DNA of 64,000 bases from Eledone cirrhosa (taxonomy: Eukaryota). The position numbers were made by a program, and so were the translations under genes. Shown piece after piece: positions 39,231 through 51,339 of this stretch. Below the pieces are notes generated by a model. That model worked only from the letters and a program-made list of their open reading frames with translations, was not told where the DNA came from and did not search any database. Each line of letters starts with the position of its first letter. The first letter of the stretch is position 1. Location: NCBI GenBank assembly GCA_964016885.1, contig OZ024743.1:304854001-304918000 (forward strand). Reading direction: 5' to 3'.

Positions 39231-39672
39231 TGGCACAAAACCTAAACATGATAATCTTTTTCTTGTTATATAGATGATACAACTTGGAACATGAGCCAAA
39301 TGTTTGTGTAGTTGGTGCTGTGTTATGTATTATTTTGCTATGAACAAAGTTGTTGTTATGGCAACCATTTTAGAGTCATTGATCTTCATGGGGCCGATAT
39401 TCTACAACTATGTTTCACTCTGCTTGGCTGGAGCCCTACTTCATGAATATAAATTATCAGCATATTTTAAAAGATTATCTTCGTTGTCTAATTATAATTC
39501 CATATTTCATTGACTTATTCTCTACACTAAAATAAAATCATACTCATCTCACTTCAATGCTTGAGTTTATCTGATTTACAGAAGAGAACGCTGCATATAT
39601 TTTTATTTTTATAATGTTGATAACATTTTCAAATTTAAAATAATAATGTTTTTTTACTCTTTCTCATCCAAG

Positions 39673-39780
39673 GCCGAAGTATTGCCTGTGACTTCTCAAA
39701 TGATATGTGCCAGTATGAAAACCATAGATATAGAAAATGGCAAAGAATAGAATCAGGAAATGAAAGTGACTCATTAAATG
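39673..39780 (+). CDS. Exon D (108 nt, phase 1-1); N-terminal part of MAM domain 2
   Basis: ctttctcatccaAG / GTAATT. GRSIACDFSNDMCQYENHRYRKWQRIESGNESDSLN contains the CDF...C.Y...W.R MAM start. Confidence 0.88.
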
Positions 39781-40463
39781 GTAATTAATAATTATTTATT
39801 TCATATTCGATAACACATTCTATCTTTTATTTTTATGAACCTATATCTAGCAAAAGACTTGGATATTTAGGTATTTGGGGCTTTTCAACTTGAGCCATAG
39901 AGAAGAATGTAAGCTTGTGGCAAATTGTGTCAACAGCCAGATTCAATTACTTGTTCTAACTATTCATCATTATCATCATCATCGTTTTAATGTTTGCTTT
40001 CCTTACTAGCTAGGGTTAGATGGGTCTACATAGACTAAGTTAGTACTGAAGTAGGGGAACTCACCTCTCAGACAGGCCAGAAGTGTCTTGCTTATGTACA
40101 GTTTCACATTGTACCAAGTGCACAGGAGAGGTCTTTGGCACAACTGAGTGTCTTCCCAGCCCTTTGTTTGATAAGCTTTCTATGGCTGGATGCCCTTTTA
40201 ATATTGATAATGATTTTGTATGGACATCACAAATTCTTATTTGAACTTCACAAAAGATTTTAAATCATGACCTATGGTTCGTGGGATTCACTTTCATAAT
40301 TCAAATAGTATAATTCAAATATTATACCAAAACATTTCTGAATTTGAAACTAATAGCTATTAATAATTTACAGAAAAAAATGTGTTGTTCTATTTTAAGA
40401 TGAATTATGTCACACTATATATATAGGATACAAAGTGAATAATATTTCAAATTTCTTTTCCAG

Positions 40464-40787
40464 GAAATTACATGCTATTTAAAAACAGTTACCATGAGAG
40501 CATTTTAGCATCACCAAGTGAAAATATTACCAACAGCTGTGTACAAATTAGATACAAGATGACAAACATGATGTGCAATCTGACCATCTATAATGCCTAT
40601 AACAAGAACAGATTGCTGAGTACTGTAAATGATGATACAACTGAATGGAGTACTGCTCAAATGTACATACAAGAAGAGGTTACAAAACTTGTTTTTGTGG
40701 CGACTACTGCAAATTATTATCATCCTTCTACTTGTACAGTTTTAATTGATAGTGTTGATATCCAAAGAGATAAATGCCAAGAATTAG
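40464..40787 (+). CDS. Exon E (324 nt, phase 1-1); remainder of MAM domain 2
   Basis: ttcttttccAG / GTAAGA. GNYMLFKNSYHESILASPSENITNSCVQIRYKM...TEWSTAQMYI...KLVFVA...VLIDSVDIQRDKCQEL (GxYM, LxSP, CxxxxY, W, IDxV..C motifs). Confidence 0.9.
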
Positions 40788-40934
40788 GTAAGATTTTTTT
40801 AGTTTTTATTTATATTTTTTCCTTTTAGAAAATATGATTATATTATTGTCCAGAATTGATTCTTCCTCTATATATATCTTTCTCCTTGCCATTCTCTCAC
40901 TCTCTCTGTCTATCCTTCTCTGGGAGAAATCTGA

Positions 40935-42760
40935 TACATGGGTTAGACGGGTTGCCCTGTTGTGGGCAGTGTCCGGTCGGCTGACCATGCCTTGCTCATA
41001 CAGGAACAGATTCTGGTTTGATTTCTACAGCTGGATGCCCTTGCTAACACCAACCTCATTTACAGTGAGTGCTAGGTGCTTTTTTGCCGTGGCACCTCCA
41101 CGACCACTTTGCAGTGGGAGGGTGTAGGGGCATATTGTCTATATGCTTCAGCTTCGGCTTGTACCTGTGGGGGGGGGGGGGGTCGAGTCTTCTGTATTAC
41201 TGCGTGACACCAGAGGTCACGGTCGTGTGTCATCGCCTTTGAGAGGTGTAATTAGGTAAGGTCGGCTATTATCACCTCATCCCAGGTCTTCTTGGGTCTC
41301 CCCACTCCGTGGGTTCTATTACTTCTAGTGCCTCTGCATCTTTTTATGCAGCTGTCATCCTTCATACGCCTCACTTGTCTACACACCCGCAACCGCCTCT
41401 CCTGCACACAGCATTTGATTCCTCTTATTCTCAGTCTCTCTCTCAATTCATTTTTGCTTTGCCGCTCGCGTATATTACTATTATACATCCATCGGAGCAT
41501 GCAGGCTTTGTTTCTTTCTAATCTACGCAAGTCTTCCACAGACAGCACCCATGCCTCACTACCATGTAACATTGCTGTTCGTATACACGCACCATACAGT
41601 CTGCCTTTCATTTTGAGGGAAAAGCCTTTTGTAGCTAGCAATGGCAGTAGCTCCCTGAACTTCTTCCATCCCGCTCTTACCCTAGTTATTGTAATTTCTG
41701 AACACTCACCTCAGCTGCTAATTTGGTCACCTAGGTAGCAGAAGTTGTCTACTGTTTCTACAGAGCCCTCCCAGATTTTGGTGGTACTTGTTTCATGTGG
41801 CTTTTTGCTGATTGCTCTCCCAGCACAGCTGCTACATGTGAAGCCTACATTCTTAATTAAGCTTCCTGAGATCCCGCTGCATCTCTTGTGTACCCATTGT
41901 TTGCATTTGGGGCAGAGAATGGAGTTCCTACCTACACCTTTCCTACATAGTGAACAAGGCCATTTCCCTCAGGGGATCTGGGTTCTGTTTTCTCGCCTAC
42001 TTACAAGGACCTTAGTCTTTGTCAGATTGAATTTGCGACCCTTTCTTTCTAGTCCCTGCTTCCAAGTTTGGAATTTCTTCTCTTGTTCTACCTATAAGTG
42101 TATTCTCTAGATTCAGCTATAAGTGCGAGGTCATCTGCATACAGGAGTTCCCATGGGATGAACAGGAGAGGGCTAAGAACAGAGCCCTGGCGGACACCGA
42201 CCTATACACTAAATTCCTTGATATAGTCATTGCTAATCCTAACTTTGCTGACTGCTCCCCTATACATGGCTTCTGCAGCTTTCACAAGCCATTCACCTAC
42301 TCCTAGTTTTCTAAGAGCTCACCAGATTAGCACAGGGAACTTTGTCAAAGGCTTTCTCAAGATCGACGAATGCCAGGTAGAGCGGCTTACTTTTAGCTAG
42401 GTACTTTTCCTGTAACTGCCTCACAAGGAAGAGGGCATCAGTGGTGCCTCTTCCTAGCACAAACCCAAATTGCATCTCATCTAGTTTCACCCGGTCCTTA
42501 ATCAACTGTGCTCTAACTCCTTCTGTTACTTTCATGACCTGGTCCATCAGCTTCATACCTCTATAGTTTCCTCTATCTTGTGCATCACCTTTACCTTTGT
42601 AGCAGTTGACAATGATGCTACTGCACCAATCCTTTGGTATGACACCTTCTAGTATTACCTGGTTAATAATACATGTGGTTATGGTGTGACCTACCGACCG
42701 CGATGCCTTCAGCATCTCGGCAGCTATTCCCGATGGCCCGGTTGCCTTCCCCGACTTCAT
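40935..42760 (-). mobile_element. 5'-truncated RTE LINE (RT with PHD finger, 3' UTR)
   Basis: ORFs 42311-42814 and 41252-41641 give KATGPSGIAAEMLK, NYRGMKLMD, DLEKAFD, KGRLYGACIRTAMLHGSE; PHD codons at ~41820-41965. Confidence 0.93.
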
Positions 42761-42775
42761 ATCTATATATGCAAA

Positions 42776-42996
42776 GGGGAGGTGTAGGCGCCACGGAAAA
42801 AAAGCACCCAGCACTCACTGTAAATGAGGTTGGTGTTAGGAAGGGCATCCAACTGTAGAAATCGAGCCAGAATCAGTTCCCGTATGAGCAAGACAAGGTC
42901 AGCCGACCGGACACTGCCCACAACAGGACAACCTGTCTAACACATGCTAGTGTGGAAGAATGGACATAAAACAGTGATGATGATGATGATGACGAT

Positions 42997-42997
<1 letters not shown>
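42776..42997 (+). mobile_element. RTE 3' UTR fragment with (GAT)n tail, inverted relative to the adjacent element
   Basis: aaagcacccagcactcactgtaaatgaggttggtgttaggaagggcatcc...gtcagccgaccggacactgcccacaacagg is the reverse complement of ~40936-41100. Confidence 0.9.
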
Positions 42998-43037
<40 letters not shown>

Positions 43038-43112
43038 AGTATATGTTGGTTGTATACCAACACCTCAGTATGCAGATTGGAGCACTCGACGAAGTGCGAG
43101 GTTAGTTTATTT

Positions 43113-43155
<43 letters not shown>

Positions 43156-44251
43156 AAATGTAACGTCCAGTTACTGCGAGTTCACCCAAGTGAGCACTCG
43201 AGATGTAGTTTCCAGTTGGTAAAGAAGAGTAGAACTAAGTAGAGTGTAATTATAATATTAATAAAAAGGATGATTTGTTATCTCTTTATTACATTTATTG
43301 ATTAGTGACGTGTGTTTCATTATTGATCAGCTCGAGGTTGGATGTGTATCAATCTAGCTTGACTCTGGCATCAAAAGCCATCAGTCTTCTGCTGTGGTAA
43401 TGACAGATTGAACCAGGAGGGCTTAAAATGGGCTATAATGATTCACATTCATTTATAGTGGTCAGGTTTAGTTCGTTTTCATTAGTTGTTTTGCTATAAG
43501 GAATGTTTTGGTATGTGTCATAGGTCGATGAAAGGATCATAATGAATAGGTGGTGGTGGGGATCGATGGTTGGTTTGAGTTGCATGGGTGTAGGTTTTTG
43601 GCTGTTTCATAGACATTATGGTGTATATGTGGTGAGGTGGAGGTGCTGGGTGTGGGTGTGGAGATGGTTATGGTCTATATGTGATGGGAAATGCAAGAGT
43701 GCAGTGCTGTACTAAGGAGGGGAGGGGTTCTGTTGGTTAGCGGTTTGTCAAAGAGGTATAAAATCAAATCAAATAAAGAAAAAATAAAGAAAGTAAATTA
43801 AACCTATCTATATACTTAAAGGGGTTTTTGTACTAGCAAAAATAAAAAAGGATTAAGGGTTGTGGCTAGTGTGTGAAATTAATATAAATAAATAGATCAA
43901 TGAATAAAAGAAATAGTTGCTACACTAACTATATGGACTAACTTATACACTGGTACAGTGTATAGTGTGTGAAATGATTATAAATATATGAATGGATAAA
44001 AGAAATAGTTGCTACACTAACTATATGGGCTAACCTATACACTGGTACACACACGCACACTCACATAGAGTATACGTAGCTACAGACACACACCCACATG
44101 TATATACCTACATGTATATACCTGATATAAACATGATCATAGGCTCGTACTAGCAGTGCATCTAGACAAATATCATAAAGAGAGAGAGAGAGAGAGAGGT
44201 TGCACCTTTCTGACACACACTGACAATATCTACTTGTATGACCATTGGGCG

Positions 44252-44292
<41 letters not shown>

Positions 44293-44502
44293 GAAATCTT
44301 CTACCTAAAAAACCATTCATCTGTTAAAAGCAATTACTACCACCTACATACCTCCCTACCCACTTTATTTTTACTTGTTTTTATTTTGTTATTTATATTT
44401 ATTTTTATTCTTATATTTCTCTGTATATTGTGTTCTTTACTTTGGAACTTCCATCCTTAAAACTCTGCTTACTCCTTCTAGGAATTCTCCCCTTATCCAA
44501 AC

Positions 44503-44539
44503 TTTCTTGATGAAGGACTTATGTCTGAAACGTTGAAAC
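44503..44539 (+). ncRNA. Degenerate minimal type I hammerhead ribozyme (Penelope-type), copy 2
   Basis: tttc-tTGATGA-aggac-ttat-gtct-GAAA-cg-TT-gaaa. Flanks are homologous to those of 31011-31047. Confidence 0.6.
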
Positions 44540-44619
44540 CTCTTGTACTTCCATCACGCACAAACCTAAGATATCTGTGTACAATTGCCTCCTATGTTTT
44601 GTTCGTTCATTTCAACCAT

Positions 44620-47600
44620 ATCATCATCATCATCATCATCGTTTAATGTCTATCTTCCACGCTAGCATGGGTTTAGATGGGAATTGACACTTGAGGCAAG
44701 ATTGGTCATCTTGCTCGTATAGGACTGTCTGGCAGGTTTTCTATGGCTGGATGCCCTTCCTAACAGCAACCACGTTTACAGTGTGGACTGGGGGGTTTTT
44801 ACCGTGTTACCTACACGGCCACATTACAGCGTGGACTGTGTGTTTTTTTGTCGTGACACCTACACGACCTCATTTATTTTGGACTGGATGTTGTGGTACC
44901 AACATGACTTTACATAGATGGGGGTGGGGCTGGGGAAAGGGTAGTGGGATTGGGGTGTATATTTGGTTAAAAGGTGCCTACTGACTGTAGGTTTCGCTTT
45001 GTACATAGGCATGTATTACTGCGTAGCGCCAAAGATCTCGGTCCAGTGACATTGTCTTAGAGAGGTGTTAGTGTGTAAGGTCAGAATTTATCAAATCGTC
45101 CCAGGTTTTTCTGGGTCTGCCTACTCCGTAACTTCCATCAATTTTGATCGGCCTGCACTTTTTTATACAGCTGTCGTCTTTCATGCGCATCACGTGACCA
45201 TACCAACGTAGTCTTCTCTCGAGTAAACAGCATCTGATCCCTCTTATTCCTAATTTTTCACTTAGTTCATTTATGCTTTGGCGTTCACGTATATTACTAT
45301 TACACATCCAACGGAGAATGCATGCTTTGTTCCTCTCCAGTCTGTGCAGATCCTCTGCACACAATGCCCATGTCTCACTGCCATGAAACATTGCTGTTCA
45401 TATGCAGGCATCATACAGTCTGCCTTTCATTTTTAGAGAGAAGCCTTTAGCGGCCAATAGTGGTATAAGCTCTCTGAACTTTTTCCATCCCGTTCTGACT
45501 CTGGCTACTGTACTTTCAGAGCACCCTCCACCACTGCTGATTTTGTTACCCAGGTAACAAAAGGTGTCCACTATTTCTATAGAACCATCTGGGAAATAGA
45601 AGAAGCTAGTATCCTCTGGGCACTTGCTACTTATTGCACATGAGCATCAGCCACATATAAAATCTACATTCTTAGATAATTTACCTGTGATCCTATACTT
45701 TATTTGGGACATTAAATGGAATTTCTACCTACTCCTTTCCTACACACTGAGCATGGCCATTTCCCAGAGGGGACCTGCACCCTATTTTCCTTCCTACATA
45801 CTAGAACTTTAGTCTTAGACAAGGTAACTTTAAGGTCTTTTGATTCTCGGCCATGCTTCCATATTTGGAATTTCTTCTCTAGTTCAGCCAACGATTCAGC
45901 TATAAGCGTTAGATCATCTGCATATAGAAGTTCCCATGGGCAGCCGGTCTTGAACTCCTCTATTATAGCCTGAAGGGTAATAATAAATAGGAGGGGGCTA
46001 AGGACAGAGCCCTGATGAAGACCAACTTTTACACTAAATTCTTCACTATATTCGTTGTTTATTCTAACCTTGCTGTTTGTTTCTTTATACATGGCTTGTA
46101 TAGCTCTCACAAGACATTCATCAACACCTAATTTTCTAAGAGCCCACCAGATAATGGAGCGGGGCACTCTGTCAAAGGCTTTCTCTAAGTCAACAAAACC
46201 TAAGTATAGGGGTTTACTTTTAGCTAGGTACTTCTCCTGTAGTTGTCGTACAAGGAAAAAGCGTCTGTGGTACTTTTACCTGACACAAACCCGAACTGCA
46301 TTTCATCTAGATCAATTCGCTCTCTGATTAGTTGCGCAATAATTCTTTCTGTGACCTTCATGACCTTGTCAATTAATTTAATGCCTCTATAGTTTCCCCT
46401 ATCTAGGGCATCTCATTTACTCTTGTAGCAGTTAATGATGATGCCGCTACGCCAGTCACTAGGTATGACCCCATTCTGTATGACTTGATTTATTACCCGG
46501 GTAACCATAGTGTGTCTCACCATTCCAGATGCATTCATCATTTCAGCAACTATCTCTGAAGGCCCAGCTGCCTTGCCTGTCTTCGTAACTTTGATTGCCT
46601 TACTTATTATACTACCTTCAACTTGCACTGCTGGTCCCTCTATTGGATCGATTTGGGGTAGACTATCTTTTTCCCATTTATTCTCCTCATTTAGTAGTCT
46701 CTCGTAGTGACACTTCCAAGCTACCTTCTTATCAGCATCAGTGATGGCAAGTACACCATCATCATTATGGACACTCTTCTCCCCGACAATATCACGGTTC
46801 TCCGTGACACATTGTCTAGTAATCCTGAACACGTCATATTTTTGGTCCTCGAGTTGTAGAACATGCTTGAACTTTCTTTCCTCTGCTTCTCTTCTTGCAA
46901 AGTACACTTGTCTCCTAGCTTCCCTTGAGAGTGTTCTCTACTTCCCCCATCCCGCCATACCTTCCAAGCCTGTTTTTTGGCCTTGGTTGACTCCTCCACC
47001 TTACTGTTCTACCACCACGTTACTCCCCTCCTGCCTATAGGTCTGCTCCAGCCACATATTTCATCTGTCGCCTTCAGCAGGTTAACTTTCAGGAATTCCC
47101 ACTGTTCCTCTATATTGTACGTCTCTAATTGTTCTTCCTTACTGTCAAAGCATCAAGTAATTTGCTTTTAAATTTGTTACTGGCAGTGGGGTCCTTTAAC
47201 TTCCATATTCTTCTACTCAGTATAGTCCTCCTCTGTTGTTGAATACGTCTCGTCCTGACTATGAGACTATGTTGGGCGGTGCATTCTTCACAGGGGAATG
47301 ATTTAGTGTTGACAACAGACACTCTGTCACCTCTTCTGGTAAGGATATAATCTATCTGACAGGCATGTTCCCCTGATCTATAGGTGATCAAGTGATTGTC
47401 TCGTTTTTTGAAGTTTGAGTTACACATAGTTAGGTTATTAGCGTCACAGAATTCCAGGATTCTGAAGCCTTCCTCATTTCTAGTACTAAACCCATAGCCT
47501 CCATGGATTCCGTCATAGCCGTCACAATGTTGCCCAACATGACCACTTAGGTCGCCAGCAATAATTATGTAGTCACTGTCGGTTATTTGGGAGGTAGTGA

Positions 47601-48299
47601 GCATTAGCGACTCATAGAATCTGTATTTTATAACCCCAGGCAGTCCAGATTGGGGTTCATAAGAAGATATTATTGTCACAGTAGTTCTATTTAGGACAAG
47701 TCTTATTTTAATTATTCTTTCGTTCACTCTATTCACGTCAATTACCTTATCAACCCATTTTTCTGTTAACATAATTCCTTATCCATTGTCATTTCCGACT
47801 CAGAAAAGTTTATAGCATCGTTTTTTTACCCATAATGAATCTAGCAGACCCACCTCCCCACCTAGTCTCTTGAACACAACAAACATCAACTTCCTTACGT
47901 TCAAGCATCTCTACAACATCGTTAGAATGAACTTTTAAAGTGCCTACATTCATGGTACCAACTCTGAAGTTTTGGATTTCGTTGGGTGGAAGGGATGGGT
48001 TGGAGGTGCAGGGGTTTGGGGTGGGTGAGGGAGATGGAGTTATGTTAGCCATCCACGTCTGAAATAAAGAGGAGTCCTTGCATTCTCGTCTGGCAACATG
48101 AGGTGAATTTATCTTTATCTTTGACATTGTAATTGAGTGTCCAGATTCTTCAGACTCTCCAGAATTCTATAGTCCATCTAGCATATCGAAAAGGAACAAG
48201 GTCTAAACTTAAGGAGTGATAGCGGAGGCGGTGGTTTTGTGAAAGAGACTGGTAAGAAGAACACATTATAAGCCGCTGAATTATGATTGGACTAAATAG

Positions 48300-48300
<1 letters not shown>
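44620..48300 (-). mobile_element. Near full-length RTE LINE, multiply frameshifted sister of 33628-37430
   Basis: ORF fragments 47810-48127, 47125-47772, 46413-46907, 45712-46167 and 45068-45391 are collinear with the 33.6-37.4 kb copy; (CAT)n tail at 44620. Confidence 0.95.
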
Positions 48301-48357
<57 letters not shown>

Positions 48358-48361
<4 letters not shown>

Positions 48362-49940
48362 TAAAATAACAGATTAAAGTTTAAGCAAAGAATCGCTGCT
48401 TTCACCCTTAACGGGATCTTCTGAAACTAACAAAGTCAATCTGTAAACGCAGAACTGGATATTTCAAAAAACGTTGCAACCGGAGGAAGACAGGAAGACG
48501 ATACTTTGGTTCGTGGAAACGTTCGCTGGCAAAGAACGGGAAAAAACGAATATAATACGTCATTAATAGGAGCGGTGAAAAACAATTACGCGCAAAGACA
48601 GAACCACGTTTATGGTATAAAAGAGGTCATAGACTAATGTTCGCTTAGGTGGAGCTTAGAGACGTTCTCTGGCAATGAACGAAAAAACGAAGATAATACG
48701 TCATATATGGATTGTGGAGAACAATATCACGCAAAGACAAAACCACGTAAATGGTATAGCAGAAGTCGTAGACTAAAATTCTAACTAGGAGACCAAATGA
48801 ATCTCCGCTACAGAGTTAAGAACAAAGTTAATGAATACAATACAGAAGTAATAGAAATAAATAAATACATACACGCAAACAAATACGTACATACACAAGC
48901 ATACGCAAAAACTTACCATAGGTATACAAAACCCCGCACATATAAATATGTGTGTGTGTGTATGCGTGTATACAAATAAATAAATAATTATATGAACGTA
49001 TATAAATAAATAAATACGTATATAACAAGCGCACACATATACCTACGTATAAATACACGAATGTTCGGAGACCTAAGTCAACCAAAACATGAAGTACACA
49101 TATACACACACCCACCAAACTTACGAACCTGCATACTCACACAGACGCAAAACTCCCGTATACACATAGTCAAACCATATGTACCAGAATATATAAAATT
49201 ATACGCCATAACAATCAAATATACGTACGAGAAGGTATACGTACCTTCACAAAACATTCGGGTAAAATATACTTACCTATGCAAATAAGTAAAGGTATAA
49301 ACAAAACATATACTTAGCTCCCACATCAAGACGTAAAATATCCACGTATAGATCGTACTAACCGTTAGGGAATAACGTGGGGCTGTAATACAGGAAAGTT
49401 TTGTGCAATTTATGTTTACAAGCCGAAATTGCCTCAGATTTTTTGTTTAAGATGTGGTCTGTGGCGTAGAGTATTTCCAGGGCCTCAGCGGCGCAGAGGT
49501 CATTATTTCCATTATACGATCTATCCCTAGCTAGGATCTCCCAGTGTAACTTATATTGAGTGTGGTTGTCTTTTAGACTCCAGATATAAGCTGAAAGTAG
49601 CGTCATATTCCTTCTTAGAGGGTAACGAAAAGAATGGGTATGCATGTAAAGACGCTGCTTGAAACTATTGGCGGTTAACCCTATGTAGGCCCTACGGGAC
49701 GTGGGTGTTACAACCTTACATTTGTAGACAATGTTACTAGAGAGGCATTTCCCGGATAGGGGGCAATCAGCCCGATTCCAACAATTACAGTTAGTACTAA
49801 CTACAGGGTTGCACGTGTTCCTACGGCTAGGTAGTTTAGCTAAATTTGAAGCTGTGATGTTATGTGCAAGGTTCGGATTCGTAGAGTAAGAAATTTTAAT
49901 AGTATTTCTATTAAAATTTACTATATTTATGTGTAGGGGG

Positions 49941-49942
<2 letters not shown>
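48358..49942 (-). mobile_element. Penelope-like element fragment 1: GIY-YIG endonuclease plus long 3' region, bounded by (TA)n
   Basis: ORF 49358-50005: FNRNTIKISYS...NCNCWNRADCPLSGKCLSSNIVYKC...AYIGLTANSFKQRLYMH...LSAYIWSLK...LCAAE...LNKKSE...CKH. A ~140-bp tandem duplication lies at 48519-48780. Confidence 0.88.
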
Positions 49943-49980
<38 letters not shown>

Positions 49981-51053
49981 GGAATAGAATGAAACGAAAT
50001 TTCATTTCTCACTCTTAGTACGGCACTTACTTAAATGTAAGTATGTATGGATACGTACATACATATATGTATACAGACGTACAGTAGCATGTATATATAT
50101 ATATCCATACAGGCACACATATATATATGTACGTATCAGTTTACCGAACATTTATGATAATGTTCGCTTTGTTCGTTTGTAAACAAACGGACAGCCTGAT
50201 TTGCGCCGTACAGTGTTCAGGCAACCACGTCACCTTTTTGTTCAACACTGACACCGGAACGATGTACTAGTTTCAAGCTTGTTAGCTATCGTCAGCACCG
50301 TATTCCTTTCTGCCAGATGGTTGAATGTATACATACATACTTACATTGGGCCAGGCGATGCGTTATGTCCTTGAGCAAGACACTTTATTTCACGTTGCTC
50401 CTTCTACCTGGAGTTGCGACCGATAGATAGTATTAGCAATTGGAAAGACCAACGGAAACATTCTACCCTCGGTCCGATTTGACGAAAGTCGATCGTTCCT
50501 CTGAGTAAGATAAACATTGCTTTAATGTAACAGTTATAGAGTTTTTAAAATCTGGGATACTACAATTAGGATTATAGAGGAAGACGTCTCTGGAGTTATA
50601 ATTTTATTAAAGTTATTGGCTTGAGAAAGCAACTGATAGATAATTAAAGAGAGGGAGAGATAAAAGGAAATAATTTATGCAAATATTTTCACATATAGAC
50701 TTAACGGTTAAATTTCAAAATATTTAATATATGTTATTTTAGGGTGAAGAATCAAAATTTTAGGTTTTAAAAATTGATTGTTATTTATATTAATTTTATA
50801 AATTTTATAAATGTGTTACATTTCTGAAATTCTAAGTTTTATGAAAACAAATTTAAAGGGTTTACTAGGCCCGCGAAAGAAAAATATATACTGTTCAATA
50901 TTCACATAAAGGTAATCCTTAATAAAATTACTTGTAACAGTGTCAACATTTTCGGTATGTATAATTTATGAAGTACTTACAGTTACAAATATTAAGGAAT
51001 TTATTGTCAAGTAGATACATTGTCTAAAGTATAATAATTAACGCAGTTTTCAG

Positions 51054-51094
<41 letters not shown>

Positions 51095-51339
51095 CATTTA
51101 CCGTAATAAATTATTATTTATTATATTATATTAAATCACTATATTAGTTCTACATTCAAGGGAAGAATGAACTCTAAATAATGATTATGTTATTATACAA
51201 TATAAACGTATTTGCAAAACTACATATAGAGAGATATACTAAGTATTAATGAGACAGTATACTTTTGGTAAATGATAACGATTATAATCTTAGATAATAG
51301 ATTCAAACATGCATAACTTAAATACATACATATATATAT

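Noticed and set aside
38271-39299. Cys/His-rich 190-aa and 119-aa ORFs resembling zinc fingers
   Set aside because: Products of the 75-bp minisatellite read antisense; spacing does not fit C2H2 or other finger types.
43295-43390. Minus-strand hammerhead-like CTGAT...GAAACACACGTC
   Set aside because: Core is mismatched and no credible stem I or II could be formed by eye.
50437-50510. Possible extra exon (AG...GTAAGA)
   Set aside because: No polypyrimidine tract, and the required phase-1 frame hits TGA; no MAM or LDLa similarity.
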